Source: Chlamydiales bacterium (GTDB lineage Bacteria > Chlamydiota > Chlamydiia > Chlamydiales > JAAZZY01). From it: a stretch of DNA of 64,000 nucleotides. The position numbers were made by a program, and so were the translations under genes. The notes below the pieces were generated by a model. That model saw nothing but the letters and a program-made list of their open reading frames with translations, ran no database searches and was not told the origin of the DNA. The stretch is from NCBI GenBank assembly GCA_965206695.1, contig CBDBKM010000011.1:320001-384000 (forward strand), given 5' to 3'. The first letter of the stretch is position 1; each line of letters starts with the position of its first letter. Shown piece after piece: positions 10,920 to 20,531 of this stretch.

Positions 10920-11190
10920 GCACAAGAAGAGCAAAGGTACACCTAATCACTCAAAAAGCAGACAATATTGAAAGGGAATGCTGAAAATTCATCGTAGAAT
11001 ATACAGGTATATGATTGACTATCTTCCCATCTCGGCCTATGATAAGAAAAAGGCCAATGATCGGTTGTAAAATAGCTCCGATGATAATTGGAGCCATATT
11101 AGCAAAAGCAACTGAAGTCCCGGCTATTTTTTTTCAGTGATTTTAACTGATAAAGCATAGAATACAACCATTCCCGTATTAGAAATACCT
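10920..11190 (-). pseudogene. C-terminal remnant of an MFS transporter
   Basis: Broken reading GISNTGMVVFYALS...IAGTSVAFANMAPIIIGAILQPIIGLFL. Confidence 0.6.
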
Positions 11191-11365
11191 TCGTGTTGGA
11201 GACTTATGATCTTGCCAAACATTGTGTTTGACTCACTGCTCTTTTCCTGTTTCAATATTGTTCCATCTATGCCGTTGGCTTTTTGCCGGGCTTCGGATTA
11301 TGACTTTCGTCTCATAACTCCGTAGGCTAGATTCACCGTTCACGCAACGGCTAAATTAAAAAATC
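11190..11365 (-). ncRNA. Putative orphan TnpB-type omega/reRNA
   Basis: Same architecture as the tnpB 3' RNA at 17643-17755: CCGTT-GCGTG-AACGG hairpin, then AGCCT..GGAG, a GAAA-tetraloop hairpin and TGAA..AGGAA. No tnpB ORF upstream. Confidence 0.55.
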
Positions 11366-11371
11366 GAGACT

Positions 11372-11399
11372 ACTATAACATGAGAAGTTACTTTGTCAA
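11372..11399 (-). promoter_or_regulatory. Sigma66/70-type promoter directly upstream of the putative omegaRNA
   Basis: TTGACA-16 nt-TATAGT with an extended -10 TG on the minus strand. Confidence 0.6.
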
Positions 11400-11640
11400 A
11401 AGCTCAACAAAATTTTAATATAAGAAAAGAGCGCATAGCTCCAACTAAAGATATATGCCTTCCAAACTCTCTGCCGTCGCAAACGAGTTTGAGGGTCAAC
11501 TGCATCCTTGCAGTCTCCATAGATAAATCTATCTTTTTATTTCGTAAAAAAGAGGCTATTCTTTAAAATACTTGTCTTGTATCAGGTATTACTGTAGTGC
11601 CTGTGGACCGAAAGTCCTAAATTTTTAAATAATCGAATTT

Positions 11641-12087
11641 ATGAATACATTTAATGCATGCCTTCAAAAACAGAAAGTTGTTATTCAGGATTTTTCTTCT
11701 TGTAAGACACCGGAATCCAAATATAAAAAAATTATTGAGCTGGGTAAGCTTCAAAAACCTTTGGATCCTCAATTTAAAATACCGGAAAATCTGGTTCAAG
11801 GGTGTCAAAGCATCATGTATCTACACTCTTTTCTAGAAGATGATCTCATGCATTTTGAAATCGAATCCGATGCTATCATATCTAGTGGGTTAGCTATTTT
11901 GCTCATCTCTGTCTACGATGGAGAAACACCACAAACTATTTTGCAATGCCCCCCTAACTTTCTACAGGAAATTGGAATAATCACGAGTCTCACTCCCGGA
12001 AGAGCTAATGGCTTAGCAAGTGTGCATCTACGCATGAAGCAAGATGCTTTAAAGCTCCTAATGGAAAAAGAAAAACAAAAGGACTAG
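11641..12087 (+). CDS. sufE: SufE family Fe-S cluster assembly protein
   Basis: KYKKIIELG, V.GCQS, SDA.I.SGL and LTPGRANGL motifs. Confidence 0.9.
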   Translation: MNTFNACLQKQKVVIQDFSSCKTPESKYKKIIELGKLQKPLDPQFKIPENLVQGCQSIMYLHSFLEDDLMHFEIESDAIISSGLAILLISVYDGETPQTILQCPPNFLQEIGIITSLTPGRANGLASVHLRMKQDALKLLMEKEKQKD

Positions 12088-12156
12088 GTCTAAAAAAAGA
12101 GAAATTAAATCGCATCACAGTCTCGATAATAATAACCACAAGAGCAAAGAGAAAAA

Positions 12157-12524
12157 GAAAGGTTCTTGAAGGTGATATTGTTGTTCGTTTAAAGGAATTA
12201 TTAGAATTAAAAGCTCTACAACTAAATATAGAGATTCACGAACTGAATATTATGCCTGATCACGTACATATTTTTTTAAATACCAAGCCTATATATTCGC
12301 CACAATTTTTCATAGGACAACTTAAGGGATATACAAGCCGAATATTAAGGCAAGAATTTTCAAGCTTAAGATCCGGGTTACCCACACTGTGGACACGGTC
12401 TTATTATGTTGATAGTGTTGGAAAATTAAATGAATATACAATCAGAAAGTATATACGGAATCAAAAAAACAAATAGACACTTTCATCCCACCCTTAAAAA
12501 GGTGGGTTTTCTCGTTTAATTGTC
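12157..12524 (+). mobile_element. Truncated IS605 copy (3' tnpA and left end)
   Basis: Near-identical to 18940-19307. The left-end hairpin CCCACCCTTAAAAAGGTGGG is flanked by the TTTAT target motif. Confidence 0.9.
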
Positions 12525-13032
12525 ATAAAATATAAGAAACAATCATACCCGTAACGAGTAATATGTTAACTCTACCAACAAAATTTGTCTCTAAAAAGAT
12601 AATAAAACCAAATAAAAGCCCAAAAATCGTACATGCCAGAGGTTTTGTAAGAATCGTTGATGTACCGGAATAAGCGGACATGACCAGTGCAGCTCCTCCG
12701 GATATATAAGCCACTAAAGAACTATAACAAATAAATATATACAACAAGATGCTGATATATTTCCCTATCGGACAAAAAAAACGCTTAGACATGCTGATAA
12801 CATGTGAACCTGCTCCCAACCAAAGATTGACCTCCAGAAAAAGAAGTCCCGTAGCCATCATAAAAAGCCAGGCTATAATAAGAACAAGGGTTGAAGGTAA
12901 AAAACCTGAGAGGCCTGTCAACAATGGAAGAGCTAAAATCCCTCCTCCAACACAAGTGCCGGCCACAAGGAAAATAGCGCCTAAAAAATTAGGTATTGAT
13001 ATTTCGGAAGTTCGGAGTATTTGATTCTGCAT
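12523..13032 (-). pseudogene. Aromatic amino acid permease (TyrP/Mtr family), truncated by IS605
   Basis: GAIFLVAGTCVGGGILALP motif. The ORF ends at the IS605 left end, and a hydrophobic C-terminal remnant is readable at ~12090-12156. Confidence 0.8.
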
Positions 13033-13090
13033 GAATGTGTTTAATAATTAAAATTTATTTAAAAAACAAGATGGAGCATATTACACTATT

Positions 13091-13522
13091 TTAAGATTTT
13101 TTACAATTCACTGATTTGAACTTATCAGGCGTAGAAACAACTTTTCTTTTTTTATAATCAAAGAAAGCTAACCCTGTTTTTACTCGAGCAATTTCCCTTT
13201 TACTCGCTTTATCAGTAATAGAATAGATAACATCACAACTACATTTAGTTACATCACTTATAACCATATCAATACACAAAATTTCCCCATAAAAAGCTTC
13301 CGATTTATAAACCACTATAGCATCAGTCATAATTAAACCGACTCCATCTATATCCCTCTCATTAAAGCCGAGACTCTTCAACAAGCGAACTCTAGCTTCA
13401 TGAGCTAAACTCAATACCGTATCATTACCTAAATGTCCTCCATAATTTAAATCTGATATTCGGATATTAAGTTCTGTTGTAAAATCGAAAGAATCGGGTA
13501 ATGCGATATTGACTCGGCTCAT
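13091..13522 (-). CDS. Acyl-CoA thioesterase (hotdog fold)
   Basis: IRISDLNYGGHLGND...HEAR motif. Confidence 0.85.
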   Translation of the reverse strand: MSRVNIALPDSFDFTTELNIRISDLNYGGHLGNDTVLSLAHEARVRLLKSLGFNERDIDGVGLIMTDAIVVYKSEAFYGEILCIDMVISDVTKCSCDVIYSITDKASKREIARVKTGLAFFDYKKRKVVSTPDKFKSVNCKKS

Positions 13523-13540
13523 AAATATACTCTCAAATTT

Positions 13541-14074
13541 TTATACTTTCATTTGGTACCGGTAAACTTTCGTATGATAGATGTCTTTAACTTCATAGAT
13601 ATTTAAAGCCTCCCAACCATCCAAAGCAAACGTATTTGTTAAAATTAAAGTATTAGGAGCTAACTCCTTTATAAATTTTTCTTTAAGCTTTTGCATTGCC
13701 TTAGGATATAAGTAGCATATAACAACACTCGCTTTTTCAAAAGAGTCATCGAAAAAATTTTTTCGTTTTAATAAAAGGTTTTTTCTTTTTTGAAAAAATG
13801 AACGAATGACCAAAGCTACCCAGGGAATCAAAGCGAATTCATAAGCATGTATTTCACATGTAGAGTATTTTTTAGCGAGTGGAAAAGCCAAGGATCCCCA
13901 TCCGGCACCTAATTCAAGGATCTTAATGTTAGACAGAGGAGGTAAATTCGTTAACATCACCTTTTTAACTTTTCCGGAAGTTGGAGTCGGAGAAATCCCT
14001 AATTTAAGAGAATCATAGATAATAAAACCTGTGATAAAGACAAAAAAGATAAAAAAAATAATGAATGTAATCAA
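13541..14074 (-). CDS. Class I SAM-dependent methyltransferase with an N-terminal membrane anchor
   Basis: ISPTPTS, ILELGAGWG, CYLYP and NTF motifs. Confidence 0.85.
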   Translation of the reverse strand: MITFIIFFIFFVFITGFIIYDSLKLGISPTPTSGKVKKVMLTNLPPLSNIKILELGAGWGSLAFPLAKKYSTCEIHAYEFALIPWVALVIRSFFQKRKNLLLKRKNFFDDSFEKASVVICYLYPKAMQKLKEKFIKELAPNTLILTNTFALDGWEALNIYEVKDIYHTKVYRYQMKV

Positions 14075-14099
14075 AGCATCTTACCTCAACGGGGAATAG

Positions 14100-15289
14100 T
14101 TATAATAAACACACAATCTCATCTTGAATATTGCTAAAAATATGAGTCGTATAATCGCTTGCAATAAGTATATCATATTCTAAGCGCACACCAAATTTAC
14201 CCGGTAAATAAATAGTAGGTTCAATAGAAAAACATGTACCGGGGATAACTTCTCTTATTTCTTTGGTTTCAAAACTATCCATTTGAGCTTCACTTCCGTG
14301 TAACTCTATACCGATATTATGCCCTGTTTTATGGATAAAATAATCTCCGTATCCCTCTTGTATAATAACTTCTCTGGCAGCATGATCAACCTCCCGGCCT
14401 AAAAGAGCTTTTTGTGAGCGCATTCTTGTCATCACCAAGTCGGTAGCAGAATCCCCGGCTTTTTTAACTATGTTAAAAACTTTGAGAGGTTCCGGATCCG
14501 GCTCATTAGATACAACTCCTACACGGGTAATATCGGCATATACAGCTCGTTCTATAGTTTGTTTACACCATAAATCGAGAAAGATAAAATCCTCTTTAGC
14601 AATAACTTTATTGGACTTCTTTGTTGCATAATAATGGGGTATTGCTGAATATTTCCCTGCCGCACACATAGGGCTACCCTCACAAACACATCCCTTATTT
14701 TTGATTTGATCAATCATAAATTGTTGAACCTCATAATCAGTAATGGGTTCATTCTTTTGTAATTTTTTTGAAATCAAATCCCATACCTTATCTACTGTTT
14801 GATTTAAAACATTACTTGCAAACTGATGGGTCTTTATCTGATCATCATCCAACACACAGGTAAATAATTGCAGTAAGTCAGCAGAACTAACAATTTCATT
14901 ACATAAGCACGAACCAATTCTATAGTACCGGCATCTACTTTAGACACGTAAGGAATGCTACATCTTGGAGAATATTCCATTGCTATTCTGTCTGTCTTTT
15001 TTATTAATTTCCCAATAGAGGCTTCTAACTCTTGCCAAGAACGATAGAGTAATGTTTGACCAATAAGATGAACCGGAAGGCAATCTTCTACATAAGACCG
15101 AATTTTATAAGGGTCTCCAACGCTCGGTATCCAATAAAAAAAACGTCTTGTTGCATGTGTATCCTTTGGAATTTCTAAAAAGTCCCAAGCCAAATCATTG
15201 GATTTTCTAAAATCATAAAATAACCATCCATCTATCTGATGTTTTATAAGTTCTTTTTTAACAGCTAATATTTTTTCTTCAAAAGACAT
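14100..15289 (-). pseudogene. Xaa-Pro aminopeptidase (M24), frameshifted near 14860-14910
   Basis: Two overlapping ORFs: N-terminal DGWLFYDFR..N and C-terminal YADITR, H.TGHNIG, FSIEP.IY, GVRLE. Confidence 0.8.
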
Positions 15290-15291
15290 GT

Positions 15292-15870
15292 TTATTTCAA
15301 TAGATGAATTATTTTCTTAAAATAAGGAGATTGACAATGTTGAAGCCATTCAAAAAGAATCATTTCAATCGTAGTAATACGCACTCCACTCACTCTAAAT
15401 TTCTCAATCGCTACCTGAAAATCAAAAGAATTCCCGAAACCTGTTGCATCAGCTATAATAGTCACTTGTTTAGATGAGGCTAATCATTCTTTTGCTGTTT
15501 GCATAAATAGACGCTTTCATCCCAATGCTAAAGCAAAGGGTTTTCTCGCTTCATTATTATAACACATATATGAGTTTCAATGCCCATTAATAACCGGTGA
15601 TTGATAAAAGTATCTCCCATACGGAAAAACTTGCCTTAGAAAAAACAGGAGCATTTGGTGCCGGGTCTTTTAATCCGGTAACCGTATTTCCAAGACCTTT
15701 AGGATAGTGTTCTGTAAAAAAGATAGGGATTTATAATAGATCCATTCCTTGAAGTGTTATCTGCATTTTCTGTAAAATCAATTCATTCTATGGACATGAA
15801 AAATTAATTTTTCTTGCACATCGACAACTAAAAGAGCTGTATCTATTTGATTGTCCGGATTTACCGTTTG
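15292..15870 (-). pseudogene. Isochorismatase-family hydrolase pseudogene with a solo IS605-type left end inserted at ~15503-15557
   Basis: Readable fragments TALLVVDVQEKL, TEHYPKGLG.TV, GIETHICV|MQTA and TTIEMILFEWL, with stops and frameshifts. Confidence 0.75.
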
Positions 15871-16206
15871 CTAACCCAATTTACCTAAGGAACGACCGCC
15901 CAGTAAATGGAAATGCAAATGAAAGACGGTTTGCCCGGCTCCGGCCCCATTATTAGTCAAAAGACGATACCCATCTAAAATATCATATTCCGTTGCAATC
16001 TTTTGCGCTACTAAGACAACTTCCCCTAAAAGATCGAAGTCTTCTTTAACAAGAGTTTGTATGTCTTTTACCGGCTTTTTAGGAACAATTAAAATATGAA
16101 CAGGGGCTTGGGGAGCAATATCTTTAATAGCCAGTATCTTATCATTTTCAAAAACTTTCTCACAAGGCAAGTCCCCTGCAATGATTTTTCCAAATATTGT
16201 ACTCAT
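15871..16206 (-). CDS. hit: Histidine triad nucleotide-binding protein
   Basis: TIFGKII, PQAPVHIL and GQTVFHLHFHLLGG motifs. Confidence 0.95.
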   Translation of the reverse strand: MSTIFGKIIAGDLPCEKVFENDKILAIKDIAPQAPVHILIVPKKPVKDIQTLVKEDFDLLGEVVLVAQKIATEYDILDGYRLLTNNGAGAGQTVFHLHFHLLGGRSLGKLG

Positions 16207-17081
16207 GATTTTCCCATTATAGAATCAAAAGCTGTTATGGCATCTTCTTTGGTTTCCCATACTGAAATAAAACATCCTTTATGACAAAACACAGCACCGG
16301 GAATACCACTTACTTCCTTTAATTCTCCTTCCAATAAACCGGCCCATTCTTTGGGATGAGATATACGTACACTCGTTCGATTTGCACTATTGGGAGGAAT
16401 ACCTCTTAATTTCCAATGAGGACCCGATGGCATAATGATAAATTTTGCAGAATGATGATCTCCGTCTAAAGCAAAAAAATTATCCATCCAGGGTATATTT
16501 TCGTCAAAAATCAAGCAATCAGTATATTTTTTCATACATACTCTGACTATTTCTCTATATGTTTGAATGAAATGAAAGCGCTTTCGCATACGATCAATAT
16601 GACCATAAATAAAATCAAAAGCTTCATCAAAAGCTCTATTTCTTACAGAACCGGAGACACCGTACTCTATAGGGTTAAAATTTGCAATAATTAGAGAAAA
16701 GACACAAAACGGTAAATCAGGAGGATTCCGACCATTGTCAAAATCATCTACCCCCCGGATAAGGGCCTTATTGAGGTAATGATATTCCTCTTCTGACATA
16801 AGATTTTCATCTTTTAGATATTCCAAGATCATACCGGCGCTACTTTTTGGACCTTGGTATTCCACTTGGTGATGATCAAATTTTTTTATTTTAGGATCAT
16901 ATACTCCACCAACATCACATACATATTCACATTCAGCTAATAAAACAAGATCTCTTGTTCGTATAATCTTATCAGCATCAATTAAGCCATATAGCGCTAA
17001 TAAGACGCAGGCTGTCACTTCATCAGCATGAAAAACACCACTATGAATCCCAACGCTACGAGGTACCTTTTTATCATTCAT
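16203..17081 (-). CDS. MYG1-family metal-dependent hydrolase/exonuclease
   Basis: H.G.FHADEV, DVGG.YD...FDHHQ, SSAG and FCHK..F motifs. Confidence 0.93.
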   Translation of the reverse strand: MNDKKVPRSVGIHSGVFHADEVTACVLLALYGLIDADKIIRTRDLVLLAECEYVCDVGGVYDPKIKKFDHHQVEYQGPKSSAGMILEYLKDENLMSEEEYHYLNKALIRGVDDFDNGRNPPDLPFCVFSLIIANFNPIEYGVSGSVRNRAFDEAFDFIYGHIDRMRKRFHFIQTYREIVRVCMKKYTDCLIFDENIPWMDNFFALDGDHHSAKFIIMPSGPHWKLRGIPPNSANRTSVRISHPKEWAGLLEGELKEVSGIPGAVFCHKGCFISVWETKEDAITAFDSIMGKS

Positions 17082-17099
17082 CTTATCTTATTCTACGTT

Positions 17100-17640
17100 C
17101 ATTCCATTTTGACAATTTTATAATCTTAATATGCAAAAAGATTTTCCGCAACAAACATAAAGGGATTGAATGCTCGCTTTTTATGAAATATTTGATACAT
17201 AGCGTTTGTCCTAAAAATACAACCTAAACGCTTTATCTTATATTTTGAATGTAAAAAAAACCTTGCCTGCCTTATTAAGTTCTAGATATTTACGTGCCTA
17301 AAAGCACACGCTATCTAAAAGTTATCAACAGATACTGACAAGTTATAAACAACTTTTCCGCATTGTTTTCTTCTCCTTAAGAAGAAAGTGTATCCTTCAG
17401 TGCAACCCCTTGAAGGTAGCGTCTTAAACCTTTTATTATAAATTATATAAATATAGAAACCCGTATTTGACTACACGAAAAGTTGTCGAATAAATAAAGG
17501 TAAACAATAAACTAATGAGTCATCTATAACCAAATTATCTACAATCTTTCCACAGGTTTTTCGTTTATAATCAGAGATTTACCGTTAATAGGCATACAAA
17601 AAGCGTGCGCCCCATTATTAACGGTTTGTGAAGATGACAT
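17100..17640. other. Candidate replication origin (cluster of DnaA-box-like 9-mers and an AT-rich tract)
   Basis: TTTTCCGCA 17142, TTATCAACA 17322, TTATAAACA 17343, TTTTCCGCA 17354, TTATCTACA 17535, CTTTCCACA 17546. AT-rich tract at 17431-17460. Confidence 0.45.
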
Positions 17641-17730
17641 ATTTGACAGCTCCCAACCCTAAAGGGAAGGGATTCCTAATTCATCGACCACTGCTAACAA
17701 ACAAGCTAGTCTAACATGATCTCCAAAGGC

Positions 17731-18834
17731 TTAAATTACCGACTGCCCTGCGGTATCGAGATTAATAGATGCATTAAGATCTCTATCGTGTGTTACTTTG
17801 CAGTTTGGACACTGCCGACTTCTCACACTTAAATCTAAAATTTCTATTTGGTACCGGCAGGCAGAGCATAGTTTTGAACCGGCAAAAAATTGATCTAATT
17901 CCACTATATTTCTTCCGTACCATTCACACTTATACTTTAAAAATGTTAAAAACCGGCTCCATCCTGCATCCGATATATGCTTGGAAAGTTTTTTATTTTT
18001 TAACATCTTATTAATATTTAACCCTTCTATCGTGATCGTTTGGTTTTCACGAGCCAACTTTGTAGAAAGTTTATGATGAAAGTCCTGCCTTATATTTTTT
18101 ATCTTCGAATGTATCGAAGCCACCGATCTTCTTTTTTTGAGTCTGTTTTTACCTTTGACTTTAGCTTTGCTAAGAGAACGTTGTTTTCTTTTTAGTCTTT
18201 TCTTATGAAATCTAAAAGGTTTAGGTGCCGTAATCTTTTTCCCTGTAGAAAGAGTTGCGAATGTCGTTAATCCTAAATCTATACCGACAGAATTATTTCT
18301 CTTCTCAAAAGGGATCACTTCTTCTTCTACTAATAGGCTCACAAAATACCTGTCACAAGAGTCTTTTGTGATTGTTATACCTGTTGGTGTACCTAAAAAA
18401 CACCTTGACCAATGTATTTTTAATCTGTCTTTAGATTTTGCAATCTTAAGATTAACCCCATCCCAACTAAATGCTGACTTAGTTAATCGTATTGCCTGCG
18501 TACTGTGTTTGTTTTTAAAGCGAGGGAAATTTGACCTTTTTTTAAAAAAGTTTAAAAAAGCTCTATCAAGATCTCTAAGACTTTGTTGCAGACAAACAGA
18601 AGAAACTTCGTTTAACCAAAGAAACTCTTTGTTTTGCTTAAGACTTGTCAAGAATGCCGATGTTTTAGAATAACTTACATTCTCTTTGTATTCCTGATAT
18701 TTCTTGATCTTAAAGTTTAAAGCTTGATTATATACAACTCCGGAACATCCAAAGCTTTTTGCAAGCAACTCCTTTTGTTTTTTCGTTGGATAGAATCTGA
18801 ATTTATATGCTTTTTTGATCATCATGTATTGCAT
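17731..18834 (-). CDS. tnpB: RNA-guided endonuclease TnpB
   Basis: KAYKFRFYPT, RuvC motifs GIDLG / IEGL / DRDLNAS, and a CxxC-CxxC zinc finger. Confidence 0.95.
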   Translation of the reverse strand: MQYMMIKKAYKFRFYPTKKQKELLAKSFGCSGVVYNQALNFKIKKYQEYKENVSYSKTSAFLTSLKQNKEFLWLNEVSSVCLQQSLRDLDRAFLNFFKKRSNFPRFKNKHSTQAIRLTKSAFSWDGVNLKIAKSKDRLKIHWSRCFLGTPTGITITKDSCDRYFVSLLVEEEVIPFEKRNNSVGIDLGLTTFATLSTGKKITAPKPFRFHKKRLKRKQRSLSKAKVKGKNRLKKRRSVASIHSKIKNIRQDFHHKLSTKLARENQTITIEGLNINKMLKNKKLSKHISDAGWSRFLTFLKYKCEWYGRNIVELDQFFAGSKLCSACRYQIEILDLSVRSRQCPNCKVTHDRDLNASINLDTAGQSVI

Positions 18835-18854
18835 TATATGTCCGGTATATATAT

Positions 18855-19259
18855 ATTGTCTATCCGGAAAGACGGAAAACCTCTAAAACAGCAGTTTTTA
18901 ACCTTAGTTACCATGTTATTTGGTGTCCTAAATATAGGAGAAAGGTTCTTGAAGGTGATATTGTTGTTCGTTTAAAGGAATTATTAGAATTAAAAGCTCT
19001 ACAACTAAATATAGAGATTCACGAACTGAATATTATGCCTGATCACGTACATATTTTTTTAAATACCAAGCCTATATATTCGCCACAATTTTTCATAGGA
19101 CAACTTAAGGGATATACAAGCCGAATATTAAGGCAAGAATTTTCAAGCTTAAGATCTAAGTTACCCACACTGTGGACACGGTCTTATTATGTTGATAGTG
19201 TTGGAAAATTAAATGAATATACAATCAGAAAGTATATACGGAATCAAAAAAACAAATAG
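18855..19259 (+). CDS. tnpA: IS200-type HUH transposase TnpA; no canonical start codon in frame before 19035
   Basis: The frame is open upstream of the track ORF (YHVIWCPKYRRKVL), followed by DHVH and LWTRSYY...KYI. Confidence 0.75.
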   Translation: MVYPERRKTSKTAVFNLSYHVIWCPKYRRKVLEGDIVVRLKELLELKALQLNIEIHELNIMPDHVHIFLNTKPIYSPQFFIGQLKGYTSRILRQEFSSLRSKLPTLWTRSYYVDSVGKLNEYTIRKYIRNQKNK

Positions 19260-19444
19260 ACACTTTCAACCCACCCTTAAAAAGGTGGGTTTTCTCGTTT
19301 AATTGTCATAAACTTGTTGCGATTTAAATTTTTAAGAGTTTCTGATAAGTTTTTCCAGAAGAAGAGAGCAGATAATTAAAGGACTTTCAACACAAACTAA
19401 ACTGATACAACTTTTATTACGCAATAAATTTATAGTAGAGCTAC

Positions 19445-19575
19445 CTCAGAATTTTCCCGGTACACAACGATATTCCATATGCCATCACAATGTAGGAAAA
19501 TTAGATTACGATATAAGATCTTGGAAATGTCCCAAGTGCAATACTTTGCATGACAGAGATTTTAATGCAGCTTAA
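19445..19575 (+). pseudogene. C-terminal tnpB remnant of a different element
   Basis: Reads FPGTQ...IRSWKCPKCNTLHDRDFNAA. Confidence 0.75.
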
Positions 19576-19582
19576 TAATATA

Positions 19583-20515
19583 TATACTCATTCACATTGG
19601 AATCCGGACAGAATTAAGTTCCGGCACTTGAAATGTATCATTAATTCGTATCTTAAGCGTGTCTCTTAAAATCGGAATTTTGTCTTTAAAAAATTTCCTT
19701 ACCTCGCATTCAAAATCAGTAACTGTATCGTAAAATTTATTATAAGTAACCGCTTCCCTCATCATTTTTCAAAGCCTTTCTATTGCATTTAAATTTGGAG
19801 AATATGGGGATAAATAGAAAAGCTCTATACGTGAAGTCGTTAAATATTCTTGAATCAGTTTGTTTTTATCGGCTCTTCCGTTATCTAAAATAACATATAT
19901 TTTTGAAGCCCGGGAATGCTTCTCTAATCCTTTTAAGAAGTCAATGACCTCACTTCCTCCAATCGTGGAGTATTCTTTTGACTTGATTATCATATCCTCA
20001 AGTCGTAAAGCTCCAATAATAGGCATTCCGGTTTGCTTATTTGTGGTCTTAAGCGTTTTCTTAACCCCTTTTGGGATCCGGCCACATACGGATTGGGATT
20101 GATAATCAGGGTGTACTGCATCAAAAAAATAGATCTCTTCACTATTTTGAAGGCCTGCTTTTAATGCTTCCTGTTCTTTAATAAATTGTGCCTGTTTCTC
20201 TAAGTCAAGCCTACCGGGGACATTAACAGGGCTTTTGAAAACAAAATGATGATGCTTTAGCCAAGCTGTTATCCCTCTTATGCTGTAAGAAATATTATAG
20301 TGTTCTAAGACAGATGCACATACACCCTTAACTTTTCTATCAGTGTATTGAGAAAAATGTTTCACTCGTTCTTTCGTTTGCAGTTTGGATAATTTACCGG
20401 CTGATCCTCCCTTGGGATCAGGCTGAGTTTTTCCTTTTGATTGAAATTCTCTCAAATACCCATAAACACTCGAACGGCTTAAGCGCAGAACATGAGCAAT
20501 GCTCAACCGGGATTA
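19583..20515 (-). mobile_element. IS630-family remnant (ORF 19769-20506, 5' truncated, premature stop)
   Basis: FFDAVHP, ILDN and PYSPNLNAIERL* motifs. Its end is similar to the remnant at 48910-49068. Confidence 0.85.
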
Positions 20516-20531
20516 TCTGATTTGATTCGAT

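Larger units (their letters stand above)
17643..19307 (-). mobile_element. IS605-group element (divergent tnpA/tnpB), copy 1
   Basis: Subterminal hairpins at both ends, right end ..GCTGTCAA, left end preceded by TTTAT. Near-identical copy at 53768-55432. Confidence 0.95.

Noticed and set aside
11575..11620. Hammerhead ribozyme or group I intron (IStron)
   Set aside because: No CUGANGA core and no recognisable group I P7 motifs.
17731..18834. TnpB as Cas12f or nuclease-dead TldR
   Set aside because: It has IS ends and tnpA, no CRISPR array, and the catalytic residues are present.
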